A DNA stretch of 64,000 bases from an uncultured Candidatus Rokubacteria bacterium (GTDB lineage: Bacteria > Methylomirabilota > Methylomirabilia > Rokubacteriales > CSP1-6): assembly GCA_963754315.1 (NCBI GenBank), contig CAVWFS010000008.1, positions 544,001-608,000 of the forward strand. Direction: 5' to 3'. This document shows positions 1 to 10,125 of the stretch, piece by piece. The translations under genes were made by a program, and so were the position numbers. The notes under the pieces are model-generated. The model saw nothing but the letters and a program-made list of their open reading frames with translations. It did no database searches and had not been told where the DNA came from. How positions within the stretch are numbered: the stretch's first letter is position 1; each line of letters opens with the position of its first letter.

Positions 1-1427
1 ACGACGAAATCCCGGCTCATGATGTCCTGGGCCCGCCGGGTGCCGAGGATCCATGCCTGGAGCCCCTGTGGAACCACGTCACCGCGCCGGAGGAGCTTGA
101 GCGTGTAGAGGCTCGCCGGTGAGAGATGCTGCCGGACGGCATAGGCCACCGTGGCGGTGATGATCACGGGGATGATGACGCTATAGTTCCACGTCATCTC
201 GAAGAGCATGATGATGGCGGTGAGCACGGCGCCCGTCGCGCCTGCCACCATGCCTGCCATCCCGGCCAGCGCGAAATGAACGGGGCTGATCTCGAGCCCC
301 GGTATCCGATCCAACAAACTACCCACGGCGGCACCGAGGGCAGCCCCCAGGTACAGGCTGGGGGAGAAGATGCCCCCGGACGCGCCGGAGCCGAGCGTGA
401 GACACGTGACGAGCAGCTTGGCTCCCACCAGAACGAGGAGGAATCCTGGGGCGTGCAGATTCCCCCGGAGGATGTCGAGGATCGTGGCGTAGCCGACGCC
501 CTCGACATAGTAATGAGCCGGCTGGCCGAAGAGCGGGTACGACAGCGTCAGAAAGCCGAACAGGATCAGTCCCACCGCGAGCATTCCGAGCCCATGGCGT
601 GTGTAGTACGTGCCGGGCATGGCATCGAAGCGGTCCTCGAACCAGTAGATGGCGCGCGTCATGAGCGTGGCCAGCAGACCGACGGCGACCCCACACACCA
701 CGAACAGAGGCATGACGGCGAAGGGTAGGTCGATGGCCTGGAAGGCAGCGAGGGCGGGAACCTCGAACGACGGCCCCCGTCCAAAGAACACGTGACCGAT
801 GTGGGTGGCCACCACCGTGGAGATGGCGACGTGAAGTATCGCGCGAGCGCTCATGGCCGGTAGCATCAGCTCGACCGCGAAGGCGATTCCCCCCAGCGGC
901 GAGTTGAAGGTGGCGGCGATCCCGCCGCCTGCGCCAGCCGCCACCAGGACGATGCGCTGGCGGACGGGCATGCTGACGATCTGGCCCAACGTTGAGCCGA
1001 AGGCGGCCCCGATCTGGACAATGGGCCCCTCGCGTCCGACCGAGCCCCCGCTCCCGATCGAGAGCGCGGAGGCAATCGACTTGACGACGACGACCACGGG
1101 TCGGATGCGCCCCGCGCGGTAGTAGATCGCATCCATCACTTCAGGTACGCCGTGGCCCTTGGCCTCGGGGGCAAAGGTGCCCACCACGAAGGCGACTCCC
1201 ATCGCTCCTACCACCGGCACCAGGATCACCAGCATTCCCCACGGCGCCGCGGGTGTGTGCAGATTGGCGTCGTAGGTGAAGGAGAGCTGTCCCAGGAAGA
1301 ACAGGTTATGGAATCCGCTGATCATGGCGCGGAACACCACCGCTCCGACGCCGGCGATAACCCCGACCGTGACCGCCAGCGCGGCCATGCCCCACCAGGC
1401 GAGCGGTCGCGGCTCGAGGGTCGTCAC
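1..1427 (-). CDS. ClC family chloride channel / H+-Cl- antiporter, 3' end runs off the window (start of a CBS region at the edge)
   Basis: Not in the ORF track. Manual translation of the minus strand from GTG at 1427 gives a hydrophobic protein with ClC motifs GHGVPE and GSGGSVGREGP; the frame is open to position 1. Confidence 0.9.
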   Translation of the reverse strand, partial: MTTLEPRPLAWWGMAALAVTVGVIAGVGAVVFRAMISGFHNLFFLGQLSFTYDANLHTPAAPWGMLVILVPVVGAMGVAFVVGTFAPEAKGHGVPEVMDAIYYRAGRIRPVVVVVKSIASALSIGSGGSVGREGPIVQIGAAFGSTLGQIVSMPVRQRIVLVAAGAGGGIAATFNSPLGGIAFAVELMLPAMSARAILHVAISTVVATHIGHVFFGRGPSFEVPALAAFQAIDLPFAVMPLFVVCGVAVGLLATLMTRAIYWFEDRFDAMPGTYYTRHGLGMLAVGLILFGFLTLSYPLFGQPAHYYVEGVGYATILDILRGNLHAPGFLLVLVGAKLLVTCLTLGSGASGGIFSPSLYLGAALGAAVGSLLDRIPGLEISPVHFALAGMAGMVAGATGAVLTAIIMLFEMTWNYSVIIPVIITATVAYAVRQHLSPASLYTLKLLRRGDVVPQGLQAWILGTRRAQDIMSRDFV

Positions 1428-1442
1428 GCGGACCGGCGCCGC

Positions 1443-2639
1443 TCAGCGAGGCGCGCTGGTGACGCCGGCGGCGAGCATCCCGTCGACCTCATCCCGGCTG
1501 AAGCCGGCCTCCAGGAGCACCTCGACGCTGTGCTCGCCCAGCCGCGGGGGATGGCGCGTGATCGCGCCCGGTGTGTCGCTGAAGGTCGTGGGGATGTCGG
1601 TCGTGCGTAGGGTGCCTTCGGTCGGGTGCTCCATCATCTTCCAGAATCCGGTGGCGGCGAGCTGGGGATCGTCGAACAGGGTCTCCAGGGTATTCACGAC
1701 CATGTGGGGAACGTTCGCACGCTCGAGCGCGACGAGCCAGTCGGCGGTGCTGCGAGTCGCCACGATGTTGCCCAGTTCCTCGTAGAGTGCCTCGATGTGG
1801 GCCAGACGCGAGGCCAGGCTGTGAAAGCGTGTATCGGCCAGCAGATCGGCTCGACCCGCCAGCTCGAAGAAGGTGCGCCAGTGCCCATCGGTGTAGGGCA
1901 GCACGGCCAGATAGCCGTCCTTGGTCGGGAAGGGGCGGCGCCAGCGGTTGAGAATGCGCTTGTAGCCGGGCGAGTCGAGCGGAGGGACGAAGGCCTGCCC
2001 GTAGAGGTGCTCCACCATCACCCACGCCGCCAAGGTCTCGAACATCGGCACTTCGAGTGCTTGCCCCTGACCAGTCCGCTCACGCCGAACCAGCGCGGCC
2101 AACACCGACGACAGCACGGCCATGGAGCTTGTCTTGTCGGCCACGATCGTGGGCAAGTAGCGCGGATCACCCACCAGGGCCGTTTGTAACGAGGCGAGCC
2201 CCGAGCCAGCCTGGATGACGTCGTCGTAGGCAGGCTTGTTCCCGTACGGTCCTGCCGCACGAAAGCCATAGGTCGCGCAGTAGACGAGGCGCGGATTGAT
2301 CGTCTTGAAGACCGCGTACTCCAGGCGCAGCTTGGCCGCCGGCTCGGGCCGGAAGTTGTGCATCAGCACATCGGCGGTGCGGGCCATGCGCAGCAGCGCA
2401 TCGCGGCCGGCCGACTGCTTGAGGTCGAGCACGAGGCTGCGCTTGTTGCGGTTGCACCCGAGATAGAAGGCCGCCATGCCGGGATGGCGCGCGGGGCCGA
2501 GCTGGCGAGTGGTGTCGCCATCGGGCGACTCGATCTTGATCACGTCGGCGCCGTAGTCGCCGAGCGTCTGGGCCGCGAGCGGGCCCAGGACAACACTGGT
2601 AAGGTCGAGCACGCGGATACCGTCCAAGGGACCAGGCAT
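1443..2639 (-). CDS. CoA transferase, family III (CaiB/BaiF)
   Basis: MPGPLDGIRVLDL...LGDYGADVIKIE...NRNKRSLVLDLK...PPRLGEHS. The true start is ATG 2639; the upstream part of the 805-aa ORF is a shadow of the + strand gene. Confidence 0.93.
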   Translation of the reverse strand: MPGPLDGIRVLDLTSVVLGPLAAQTLGDYGADVIKIESPDGDTTRQLGPARHPGMAAFYLGCNRNKRSLVLDLKQSAGRDALLRMARTADVLMHNFRPEPAAKLRLEYAVFKTINPRLVYCATYGFRAAGPYGNKPAYDDVIQAGSGLASLQTALVGDPRYLPTIVADKTSSMAVLSSVLAALVRRERTGQGQALEVPMFETLAAWVMVEHLYGQAFVPPLDSPGYKRILNRWRRPFPTKDGYLAVLPYTDGHWRTFFELAGRADLLADTRFHSLASRLAHIEALYEELGNIVATRSTADWLVALERANVPHMVVNTLETLFDDPQLAATGFWKMMEHPTEGTLRTTDIPTTFSDTPGAITRHPPRLGEHSVEVLLEAGFSRDEVDGMLAAGVTSAPR

Positions 2640-2699
2640 GGCGGCATTATATGCGGTCCTGTTACCATCCTCAGGCGGCGACACGGGAGACACGGGCGA

Positions 2700-3920
2700 A
2701 TGGACAGGGTCGGGGAGGCCGAGATTCTCGTCATCGGCGGTGGTATCGCCGGGGCGGCGGCGGCCTTCTACCTGCGCGATCATGGCCACGACGTCCTCGT
2801 GCTGGAGCGTGACGAGATCGCTTCCGCGGCCTCCGGCGTCAATGCAGGCTCCATCGATTCCCTGGGCTGGGGCACGGCGCCCGACCTGCAGGCGCATCTG
2901 ACCGAGGGCAGTCGCGAGATCTTCACCGAGCTGCAGCTCGATCTCGGGTACGACATCGAGCTGCGGCATTCGGGATCGTTGCAGGCGATCCACACCGAGG
3001 AGCAGCACGAGTTCGCGCGGGCGCGGGTAAGCAGGTTGAGCGCGCAGGGATACCGCCTCCAGCTGCTCACCACGCGTGAGGCCCGCGGCCTCGAGCCCGC
3101 GCTCAATCCCGAACTGCCCGGATTCGTCTACTCGCCCCAGCGCGCCCAGGCCGACCCCCGGAAGGCCACGCGCGCCCTGGTCCTGGCCTCCGAGCGCATC
3201 GGGGCCCGAGTACGCACGCACCATCCCGTCACCGCCATCCAGTCCCGGACTGACGGGGGCTATCTCGTCACCACCACCCGCGGTGACTTCGTGGCAGGAA
3301 CGCTCGTGATCGCCGCCGGTGCCTGGTGCGCGACGATCGGGGCGATGCTTGGGCTGCGAATCCCCATCGTGCCGGTACGGGGTCAGATGTGGGCGACTGA
3401 CACCGTGCCACCCCGGGTGTTCCATACGATCTCGTCGGCCGAGTCGGGGAGCTTCTGGCAGCGCCATCCGAGCCACGACACCCAGACCCCGCCCGAGCTG
3501 ACCCATCGCGGGAACACGCGCCTCACTCGACACCTCTACGGCCGACAGACGCGTCGGGGTGACATCATCTTCGGTGGCGATCGTCAGCTCGTGGGATACG
3601 ACACGGCTCCGGATCCGGCCGGAATCGAGGTCAATCGAGAGCACGCTGCGCAGGTTCTGCCCTTCCTGGCAAGCCTGCGCGTGAGCCGAACGTGGGCCGG
3701 CCTGATGCCCTTCTCGCTCGATGGCAAGCCGATCATCGGCCGTATCCCCCAGCGGGAGAACCTCTTCATCGTCAGCGGGCTTGCCTCGTCGGGTTTCGGG
3801 CGCGGCCCCATGGCGGGCAAACTGCTGGCCGAGTGGGTTCACACGGGCCGGCGGCCGCATGTGCTCGAGGCCGCCGACCCAGCGCGCTGCGTGACGGAAA
3901 GCGCCGGGGTCATGGTGTGA
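2700..3920 (+). CDS. FAD-dependent oxidoreductase (DAO / sarcosine oxidase / glycine oxidase family)
   Basis: ILVIGGGIAG Rossmann motif, ASGVNAG, VIAAGAW, PVRGQ, TWAGLMP..DGKPIIG, GFGRGP. Confidence 0.9.
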   Translation: MDRVGEAEILVIGGGIAGAAAAFYLRDHGHDVLVLERDEIASAASGVNAGSIDSLGWGTAPDLQAHLTEGSREIFTELQLDLGYDIELRHSGSLQAIHTEEQHEFARARVSRLSAQGYRLQLLTTREARGLEPALNPELPGFVYSPQRAQADPRKATRALVLASERIGARVRTHHPVTAIQSRTDGGYLVTTTRGDFVAGTLVIAAGAWCATIGAMLGLRIPIVPVRGQMWATDTVPPRVFHTISSAESGSFWQRHPSHDTQTPPELTHRGNTRLTRHLYGRQTRRGDIIFGGDRQLVGYDTAPDPAGIEVNREHAAQVLPFLASLRVSRTWAGLMPFSLDGKPIIGRIPQRENLFIVSGLASSGFGRGPMAGKLLAEWVHTGRRPHVLEAADPARCVTESAGVMV

Positions 3921-4546
3921 GCGTGCTCCTGCCCGAGCCGCTCCCCGACAGCCCGCTCCCGCTTGTGGCGGGCTGGCTTGCCGAGGCGGGCAAGGTTGTC
4001 CGCAATCCCACTGCGATGACGCTCGCCACCGTCGAGCCGGATGGCCGGCCCTCCGCGCGCATGGTGATCTGCCGCGGGTTCGATGCGGCCGCTGGCTGGT
4101 TCGTGTTCTATACCGATCGCGAGAGTCGAAAAGGGCACTCGCTGGCCGCCCATCCAGAGGCCGCCCTCGTCTTCCACTGGGAGGCCCTCGAGCGCCAGAT
4201 TCGAATCGAAGGGCCGGTGACCGACGCGCCGGAGGCGGACTCCGAGGCCTACTGGAACACGCGACCGATCGACGCGCGCATCGCCGCCGTCGCCAGCGAG
4301 CAGAGTCGACCCCTCGACTCCCGCGCGGTCCTCCTGGCTCGAATCGACGAGGTCACGCAACGATCCAGCGGTGTAGTCCCGAGACCTCCTCGCTGGGGTG
4401 GCTATCGGGTGTGGGCGGCTCGTGTCGAACTGTGGGCGGGCCAGCCCGCCCGCGTCCATGATCGCGCGCTGTGGGAGCGCCGACTCGAACGGGTCAGCGG
4501 CGAGTTCAAAGGGGGCGAGTGGCGCGCCACTCGCCTACAGCCATGA
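3917..4546 (+). CDS. pdxH: Pyridoxamine 5'-phosphate oxidase
   Basis: AMTLAT..DGRPSARMV, FYTDRESRKG, LVFHW..LERQIRIEG, PRPPRWGGY, ELW.G...RVHDR, C-terminal RLQP; GTG overlaps the upstream TGA. Confidence 0.9.
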   Translation: MSVLLPEPLPDSPLPLVAGWLAEAGKVVRNPTAMTLATVEPDGRPSARMVICRGFDAAAGWFVFYTDRESRKGHSLAAHPEAALVFHWEALERQIRIEGPVTDAPEADSEAYWNTRPIDARIAAVASEQSRPLDSRAVLLARIDEVTQRSSGVVPRPPRWGGYRVWAARVELWAGQPARVHDRALWERRLERVSGEFKGGEWRATRLQP

Positions 4547-4548
4547 GG

Positions 4549-4995
4549 TTACGCTCTACGATAGATGGGCGGTCGCCGTCGTACGCTCTCGGTGAGTCCT
4601 GAGTCGAACGCTTCCAGAGAAAAGCCGCGCGGTTGAGGCGGTCCCTCGACTCCGAGCAGCCGGACCACTGTGGGATGGCTGTAGTAGGCGCAGTACGTTT
4701 GCTGCAGCAGTGCCTCGAAGGCGGCCGGATGCCTCTTCTCGACGTCACGCAGCACCGCATCCTGCTTCTCCCCGGGCAGGGTGGCGAAGCCGCCCGACTG
4801 TCCAGCCAGAATCTCGATCCGGCGCAACCCTTCGAGAAGGAGTCGCCGTGAGCCAGGTGCAGCTCCGCCCGCCCGGTCGAGGTGCTCGACGAGCCCGAGG
4901 TCGCCTGCAGCCGGAAACACGCCGTCGGCGGGCACGAGCCGATTCAGCACGAGACGGAGCAAAACGGCCTGGGAGGGAGTGAAGACCTGGGTCAC
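4549..4995 (-). CDS. Gluconate 2-dehydrogenase subunit 3-like protein (small partner of the GMC enzyme)
   Basis: LVPAD...PAAGDLG, AYYSHP.V...LG; translationally coupled downstream of the GMC oxidoreductase. Confidence 0.75.
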   Translation of the reverse strand: MTQVFTPSQAVLLRLVLNRLVPADGVFPAAGDLGLVEHLDRAGGAAPGSRRLLLEGLRRIEILAGQSGGFATLPGEKQDAVLRDVEKRHPAAFEALLQQTYCAYYSHPTVVRLLGVEGPPQPRGFSLEAFDSGLTESVRRRPPIYRRA

Positions 4996-6596
4996 AGATT
5001 GTGAGCGTTGCGCTTGATGTAGTCGGCTGCCCGCAGAGCGACCGCCTGGATCGTCGAGGTGGGGTTCACCGCGCCACCGGTCACGAAGACGCTGCCGTCG
5101 ACGATGAAGAGGTTCTTGACCTCGTGAGAGCGTCCGTACGAATCGACCACCGAGCGACGTGGATCAGTCCCCATGCGCGCCGTGCCCATCAGGTGCCAGC
5201 CCGCGGAGCGGAGGAGGGGGGTGGCCTCGATGGTGTGCGCCCCCGCTGCCCGCAGCGCCTCCGCTCCCCTTGTGATCCCGTGGTCGAGCAGGTCGCGGCT
5301 ATTCTGACTCAGGGTGTAGACGATCCGGGGAGCGGGGATGCCGTCGCCGTCGGCGAGCTGCCCGTCGAGCTCGACCCTGTTGTGCTCCTCGGGAAGATCG
5401 TCGCCGATCACCGCGAGGGTGATGGTTCGATCGAAGCGCGCGTGATAGGCGGCCCGGTGCGATGCTCCCCACGGCACGCGCTGCGCGCTGAGCCCGCCCG
5501 TGGCCGTCGCGATCGGGCTCAACCCCCGCGCGATCTGGAAGGAGCAACCCCGGACGAAGCCACGAGACAGATCGGTTTCGTAGAACTCCTGGCTGATGAT
5601 CGCGCAGCCGATCGGCCCTCTCAGTCCTTGCAGCGGCTCGTCGAAGACCCCGCGTACGCTGGCATAGGGATGGAACATGAGGTTCTTGCCCACCAGCCCC
5701 GTCCCGTTCGCGAGCCCGTCAGGAAACAAGGCTGAGCGCGAGTTCAGAAGGAGGCGGGGCGTACCGACACCGTTGCAGGCGAGGACGACGATGCGGGCCT
5801 TCTGCTCGCGGACGTGGCCGTGGCCGTCGTAGTAGATGACCCCATCGGCGAGGCCGGCATCCGTCACGGTGATCTCGCGGACACGTGCCCCGGTTCGTAG
5901 CATCGCGCCCCGGGCCAGGGCTTTGGGCCAGTACGTGATATCGGTGCTGGCTTTGGCCCCGATCGCGCAGCCGACGTCGCAGGGGCCGCAGTTGTTGCAC
6001 GCGCGGCGTCCGTCGTACGGGCGGGTGAGAATCGCGCTGTCGGAGGGCCACCAGTGCCAGCCGAGCCTCTCGAAGCCGCGCACGATGGTCTGGCCGAGCA
6101 GGCCGAGCGGAATGGGCGGTGTCTGGCGCGGCGGCTTGGGCGGGTAGGCGGGATCCCCATCGAGGCCCGCCACGCCCATCATGCGGTCGTTGAGGTCGAA
6201 GAAAGGTTCCAGCTCGTCGTACGTCAACGGCCAGTCGTCGGCGACCCCATCCAGGCTGCGCACTTTGAAATCCGAGGGGCGCAGCCGCGGGAAGTGGGCG
6301 CTCCAGTGAATGGTGCTGCCCCCCACGGCGTTGTACATCAACGGATCGATGGGCGAGTCCTTGGTGTTCAGCGGGTAATCGACGGGCAAGCACCGGAAGT
6401 TGGGGTCGGGATGGAAGTCAGTCTGGCGATGCAGCTCCCAATCTTCTCCGGCCGTGGGGTAGCTCTTGGGGTCGACCCAGCCGCCCTGCTCCAGGCACAG
6501 CACCTGAATGCCGGACTCGGCAAGGCTCCAGGCGAGGGCAGCGCCAGAGGCCCCTGCTCCGATCACCAGGACGTCGACCTTGTCCGCCTCGGCCAT
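4992..6596 (-). CDS. GMC family oxidoreductase
   Basis: DVLVIGAGASG, VGGSTIHW, CNNCGPCDVGC Fe-S motif, HLMGTARMG, GGAVNPTSTI. Confidence 0.93.
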   Translation of the reverse strand: MAEADKVDVLVIGAGASGAALAWSLAESGIQVLCLEQGGWVDPKSYPTAGEDWELHRQTDFHPDPNFRCLPVDYPLNTKDSPIDPLMYNAVGGSTIHWSAHFPRLRPSDFKVRSLDGVADDWPLTYDELEPFFDLNDRMMGVAGLDGDPAYPPKPPRQTPPIPLGLLGQTIVRGFERLGWHWWPSDSAILTRPYDGRRACNNCGPCDVGCAIGAKASTDITYWPKALARGAMLRTGARVREITVTDAGLADGVIYYDGHGHVREQKARIVVLACNGVGTPRLLLNSRSALFPDGLANGTGLVGKNLMFHPYASVRGVFDEPLQGLRGPIGCAIISQEFYETDLSRGFVRGCSFQIARGLSPIATATGGLSAQRVPWGASHRAAYHARFDRTITLAVIGDDLPEEHNRVELDGQLADGDGIPAPRIVYTLSQNSRDLLDHGITRGAEALRAAGAHTIEATPLLRSAGWHLMGTARMGTDPRRSVVDSYGRSHEVKNLFIVDGSVFVTGGAVNPTSTIQAVALRAADYIKRNAHNL

Positions 6597-6709
6597 CGTT
6601 GCTTTTTCTCTCTCCTCGGTTCTGCGAGTTATAGCACGCCCTCCGCCGTGCGGATTCCCGTACAATGTCGCCCTACGAGGAGCGTTGACAGCGGCCGGGA
6701 GGTGGGACC

Positions 6710-7123
6710 ATGAGCGAGATCAAGGTCGTCAGACTCGAGGACACCGAGATCGTGAAATTCGGGCCCGACGCTTTCTACCAGCCGATTCTCGGCGACGACG
6801 AGGGCACGACTCCGATCCGCACCGGCATCCAGACCTCAGAGCCCGGGTACGTCGCGCCTGTCCACTCGCACCCCTATCTGGAAGTCCTGCATATCCTGGA
6901 GGGGACGGCCGAGGCTTGGGTGGACGGACAGGAAGCCGACAAGGTCACGTTGCGCAAAGGCGACACCATCGCGCTGCCCGCGAATGTCCCCCACAGCTTC
7001 CGGGTGGTCGGCGACGAGGTGCTCCGCCTCCTGGGAACGCACGTTTCGCCGACGCGGATCGTCAACTACAAGGACCAGGCCCTGAAGTCCGACGCGAGCG
7101 GCTACCGGCTCATCCGCGATTGA
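6710..7123 (+). CDS. Cupin domain protein
   Basis: HSHPYLEVLHILEG ... LRKGDTIALPANVPHSF cupin motifs. Confidence 0.88.
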   Translation: MSEIKVVRLEDTEIVKFGPDAFYQPILGDDEGTTPIRTGIQTSEPGYVAPVHSHPYLEVLHILEGTAEAWVDGQEADKVTLRKGDTIALPANVPHSFRVVGDEVLRLLGTHVSPTRIVNYKDQALKSDASGYRLIRD

Positions 7124-7127
7124 GTCC

Positions 7128-7958
7128 CTAGCCGGGACGAGCCACGGCCACGCTGATCGGGTAAAGACAGTAGTAGTCAGGGCGGCCGAGGATGAAGCTC
7201 GGGGAATCCGCGTCGCAGAGAGCCGAGCGTCGCGCCCACTCCTCGCGAGTCAGCAGATCACGCAGACGCGTGCCCCAGTTGCGTTCGAAGACGACGTGCT
7301 GGATGTAGGCACGCGCGTCGGCAGAGAGCGGAGCCTGCCGCTGCAGCAGGTACGTCCGGAAACTCTCGACACGGAGTCCGGCCTCGCCCAGGGCGGCGGG
7401 GGTGTTCTGGCGCCGCTCCTCGAAGGAAAACTCACCGCCCTCGTGTCGGCTCCACTGCATCTCCGCCTGCCGGAGACGGCGCTCCAGCTCGGGATGACCG
7501 GGGAGGAAGAGACCGGCCAGGAGCTGCGACTCCTTCACGATGACCCGCCCTCCGGGTCGCACCACGCGGGCGAACTCCTTCAAGGCCTGGCGCGTGTCCT
7601 GGATGTGGTGAAGCGTGTCGCCGCACCACAGCCAATCGAAGGACGCATCGGGAGTGTCGATGGCAGTGCCGTCGCCCTGGCCAAACTCGAGACGCCCAGC
7701 ACCCAGCGCTTGGCCTACCAGTGCCCGCGCCGCGTCCGCCCTCTCGGCTGAAGGCTCGATCCCCTTGACTCGTCCCGAAGGGCCCACCGCCTCGGCCAGC
7801 CAGAGAGCATAAAGCCCGACTCCGCATCCGACGTCGAGACCGCGCGAGCCAACCGGCAGACCCAGATCGGCGATGATCGTGCGCGCCTCCGGCTCCTGGA
7901 AACGGTTCATGCGCTCGAGCGAGGCGGTAAAGGGCTCGCTGTCGGGGGCGCGCGTCAT
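7128..7958 (-). CDS. Class I SAM-dependent methyltransferase (UbiE-like)
   Basis: LDVGCGVG, DASFDW, LHH, EFARVVRPGG; ATG at 7958 overlaps the stop of the upstream gene. Confidence 0.85.
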   Translation of the reverse strand: MTRAPDSEPFTASLERMNRFQEPEARTIIADLGLPVGSRGLDVGCGVGLYALWLAEAVGPSGRVKGIEPSAERADAARALVGQALGAGRLEFGQGDGTAIDTPDASFDWLWCGDTLHHIQDTRQALKEFARVVRPGGRVIVKESQLLAGLFLPGHPELERRLRQAEMQWSRHEGGEFSFEERRQNTPAALGEAGLRVESFRTYLLQRQAPLSADARAYIQHVVFERNWGTRLRDLLTREEWARRSALCDADSPSFILGRPDYYCLYPISVAVARPG

Positions 7959-9964
7959 CGACGGTCCGGGGCCGTCCAGTAGTCCCACTGTCGGGCGGCG
8001 ATGGTGACGGAGAGCTCGATGTCTTCCTCGAGCAGATAGCGCTGGGCGCAAAGCTCGCGGGCGGCGCTCCGGACGGCGGCCAGGTAGTCCTCACGGGACG
8101 GGTAGCGCTCGGCGATCGAGCGGCGCGGATCAGCCCTGTCTTCACGCTCGGCGCGAGTGCGCGGAAAGGGTAAGGTGGCGCCGGCAAAGACGAGCAGCTG
8201 TTCGCTCCCGCCGATCTCGGGGTGGCGGAGCGTCCAGCCCGTATGGGTGGCCAGGGGCACCTTCACCTCGGGCAGTGCGATGCCGGCGACCTCGTTGCCG
8301 TCGCTGTCGACGGCGGCGACGCGCGTGCCGTAGGGCGGGCCATCGCGCGGCGGTAGGGTCGACACCGATCGGCCGTCAGGATCGATCCCGAAGTCCAGGC
8401 GGCGGGGACGCGGATGATGACGGGGATAGCGGGCGCCGGGAATGGTGTCGAACACCTTGATGAGCTCGTCAGGATCGACCGCGGTGCCGTTCTCGACGCG
8501 CGGATGGGCGCTGGGCGGCGGCGCGAGACCCTGACTGACCCAGTGGTCCAGGTTGACGAGGCACGCCCGGAGGAGCCGGCCATACTCGAGCGTGCCGCGC
8601 AGGTTCTGTGACCACTCGAGGGGGCCGCCGGGATCGGCAGGCGCGCGCACCGTGTCGGACGGTGGCCACACTCCCAGCCCATGTTCCGTGCCCGCGAAGT
8701 GATAGACACGAGTGTGGGGCCCGGGGTTCACGTCGCGCCGACCGTCGGGACCGGTATGGATCAAGGAAGCGTCGCCGCGGTGATACTCCGCCGATGAGTT
8801 CGTATAGAAAACCTTGAGCTGACTGCCCCGGGTGTCGATCCGGCCATGGAGCGCACCGGTGGCGCCGGTTTTCTCGTCCGTCTGGAGGCCGTCGGTGAAC
8901 GGAAAGAGGTGGGCCATCATGTGCGGGCGGTCCTTCGAGTCCTGCCCGAACCGTTGATTGAACTCGCCCCGCATCCCGCCCGCGACGTTCGCGATGATCC
9001 CGTCCAGAACCTCGCGCCCTTCCTCGTCCAGGTTGAGGTCGTGATAGACGAGCGTGCGTAGAAGCCGGCCCGTCTGGGAGCGCCCGTACGCGTAGGCGTA
9101 CCGGATGGGACCGACCCCGGCAGGGACGTGGGCCGCGCCCTGCTTGAGCCAGGACGCGCAATCGCGGAGGCCGGCGAGTCCGAGGCCGAGCACGGGGGCG
9201 CCCTCGGCCGTGTAGATCACCTGGTAGAGCCGCCCTTTCTCGAAGCCACCGTCCAGATGCACATGACACGCGTCGGGCACCACCGTGCCGTTCACGACCC
9301 GGGCAAAGCACCAGCGGTCGCGCGGGATGAGGGTGGGTGGGCCATCGGGCTGATCGCGCACGGTCAGGGTGGCGTCAGGCTCGTCGAGATCGGCGGCCGG
9401 GTAGGCCTGATGGCCGCGATCGGACAGCAGCAGGTGGGCCACGGACGCCGCCGATTGCAATTGCGTGTAGACGCGTCCGCGGAGCGGTCGCCCTTGCCCG
9501 TCGAGCGCGTGGGGTCCATACATCCGAAACAGTCCGGGGACGTCGGGAAGATCCGGCTGCCAGCCGCACGACACGACCACGTAGCCGTGGCGCATCAGAA
9601 AGCCGTCGCCCACGTCAATGGCGGGATCGGGATCCGAGCCTGGCCCGAAAACGGGACGCGTCGCGTGGTTGAAGTTGGGGACGGTGACGGTGTTGCCGCG
9701 GTTGACGACATCGAGGATGAGCCGTCCGTTGCCTCGCCCGCGCTCCACCGGTAGCAGGATCGACACGTCCGCGGCGAAGTCGACTCGCCCCGCGGCATTG
9801 CCGAGCGCGAGGTCGAGATCCGTGATCCGAGCATTGGCGGGAGCACGAGGGTCAAGGCTGAAACGCAGCCGCCCCTTCAGCTCCTCGTAGGGTCCGACGT
9901 GGCCAAAGGAGGCACCCCCGGCCAGGGGGCGACGCAATCTGAGGTCGAAGGCAGTGACCGTCAT
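7955..9964 (-). CDS. Alpha/beta-hydrolase-domain protein of unknown function
   Basis: FGHVGPYE, DVVNRG, GRSQTG nucleophile-elbow-like motif, VDSDGNEVAG, DPRRSIAERY; 669-aa clean ORF. Confidence 0.75.
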   Translation of the reverse strand: MTVTAFDLRLRRPLAGGASFGHVGPYEELKGRLRFSLDPRAPANARITDLDLALGNAAGRVDFAADVSILLPVERGRGNGRLILDVVNRGNTVTVPNFNHATRPVFGPGSDPDPAIDVGDGFLMRHGYVVVSCGWQPDLPDVPGLFRMYGPHALDGQGRPLRGRVYTQLQSAASVAHLLLSDRGHQAYPAADLDEPDATLTVRDQPDGPPTLIPRDRWCFARVVNGTVVPDACHVHLDGGFEKGRLYQVIYTAEGAPVLGLGLAGLRDCASWLKQGAAHVPAGVGPIRYAYAYGRSQTGRLLRTLVYHDLNLDEEGREVLDGIIANVAGGMRGEFNQRFGQDSKDRPHMMAHLFPFTDGLQTDEKTGATGALHGRIDTRGSQLKVFYTNSSAEYHRGDASLIHTGPDGRRDVNPGPHTRVYHFAGTEHGLGVWPPSDTVRAPADPGGPLEWSQNLRGTLEYGRLLRACLVNLDHWVSQGLAPPPSAHPRVENGTAVDPDELIKVFDTIPGARYPRHHPRPRRLDFGIDPDGRSVSTLPPRDGPPYGTRVAAVDSDGNEVAGIALPEVKVPLATHTGWTLRHPEIGGSEQLLVFAGATLPFPRTRAEREDRADPRRSIAERYPSREDYLAAVRSAARELCAQRYLLEEDIELSVTIAARQWDYWTAPDRR

Positions 9965-10125
9965 AGCGCAGAACGCTAGCGGGAACGCGTCCGGGAATCA
10001 AGGGACGGCGCAGCAGCGGATCGGCGACACGAGGGACGCCAACTTGCCACCGCCGCCACCTCCTCCTATCATCGGGACTTGGCCCGCAGTGGGCAGGTCA
10101 TACCTATCCCCAGCGAGGAGTTGCT

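Noticed and set aside
2640..3860. Apparent 805-aa fusion ORF ending in the CoA transferase
   Set aside because: The upstream part is the antisense shadow of the FAD oxidoreductase; the real start is ATG 2639
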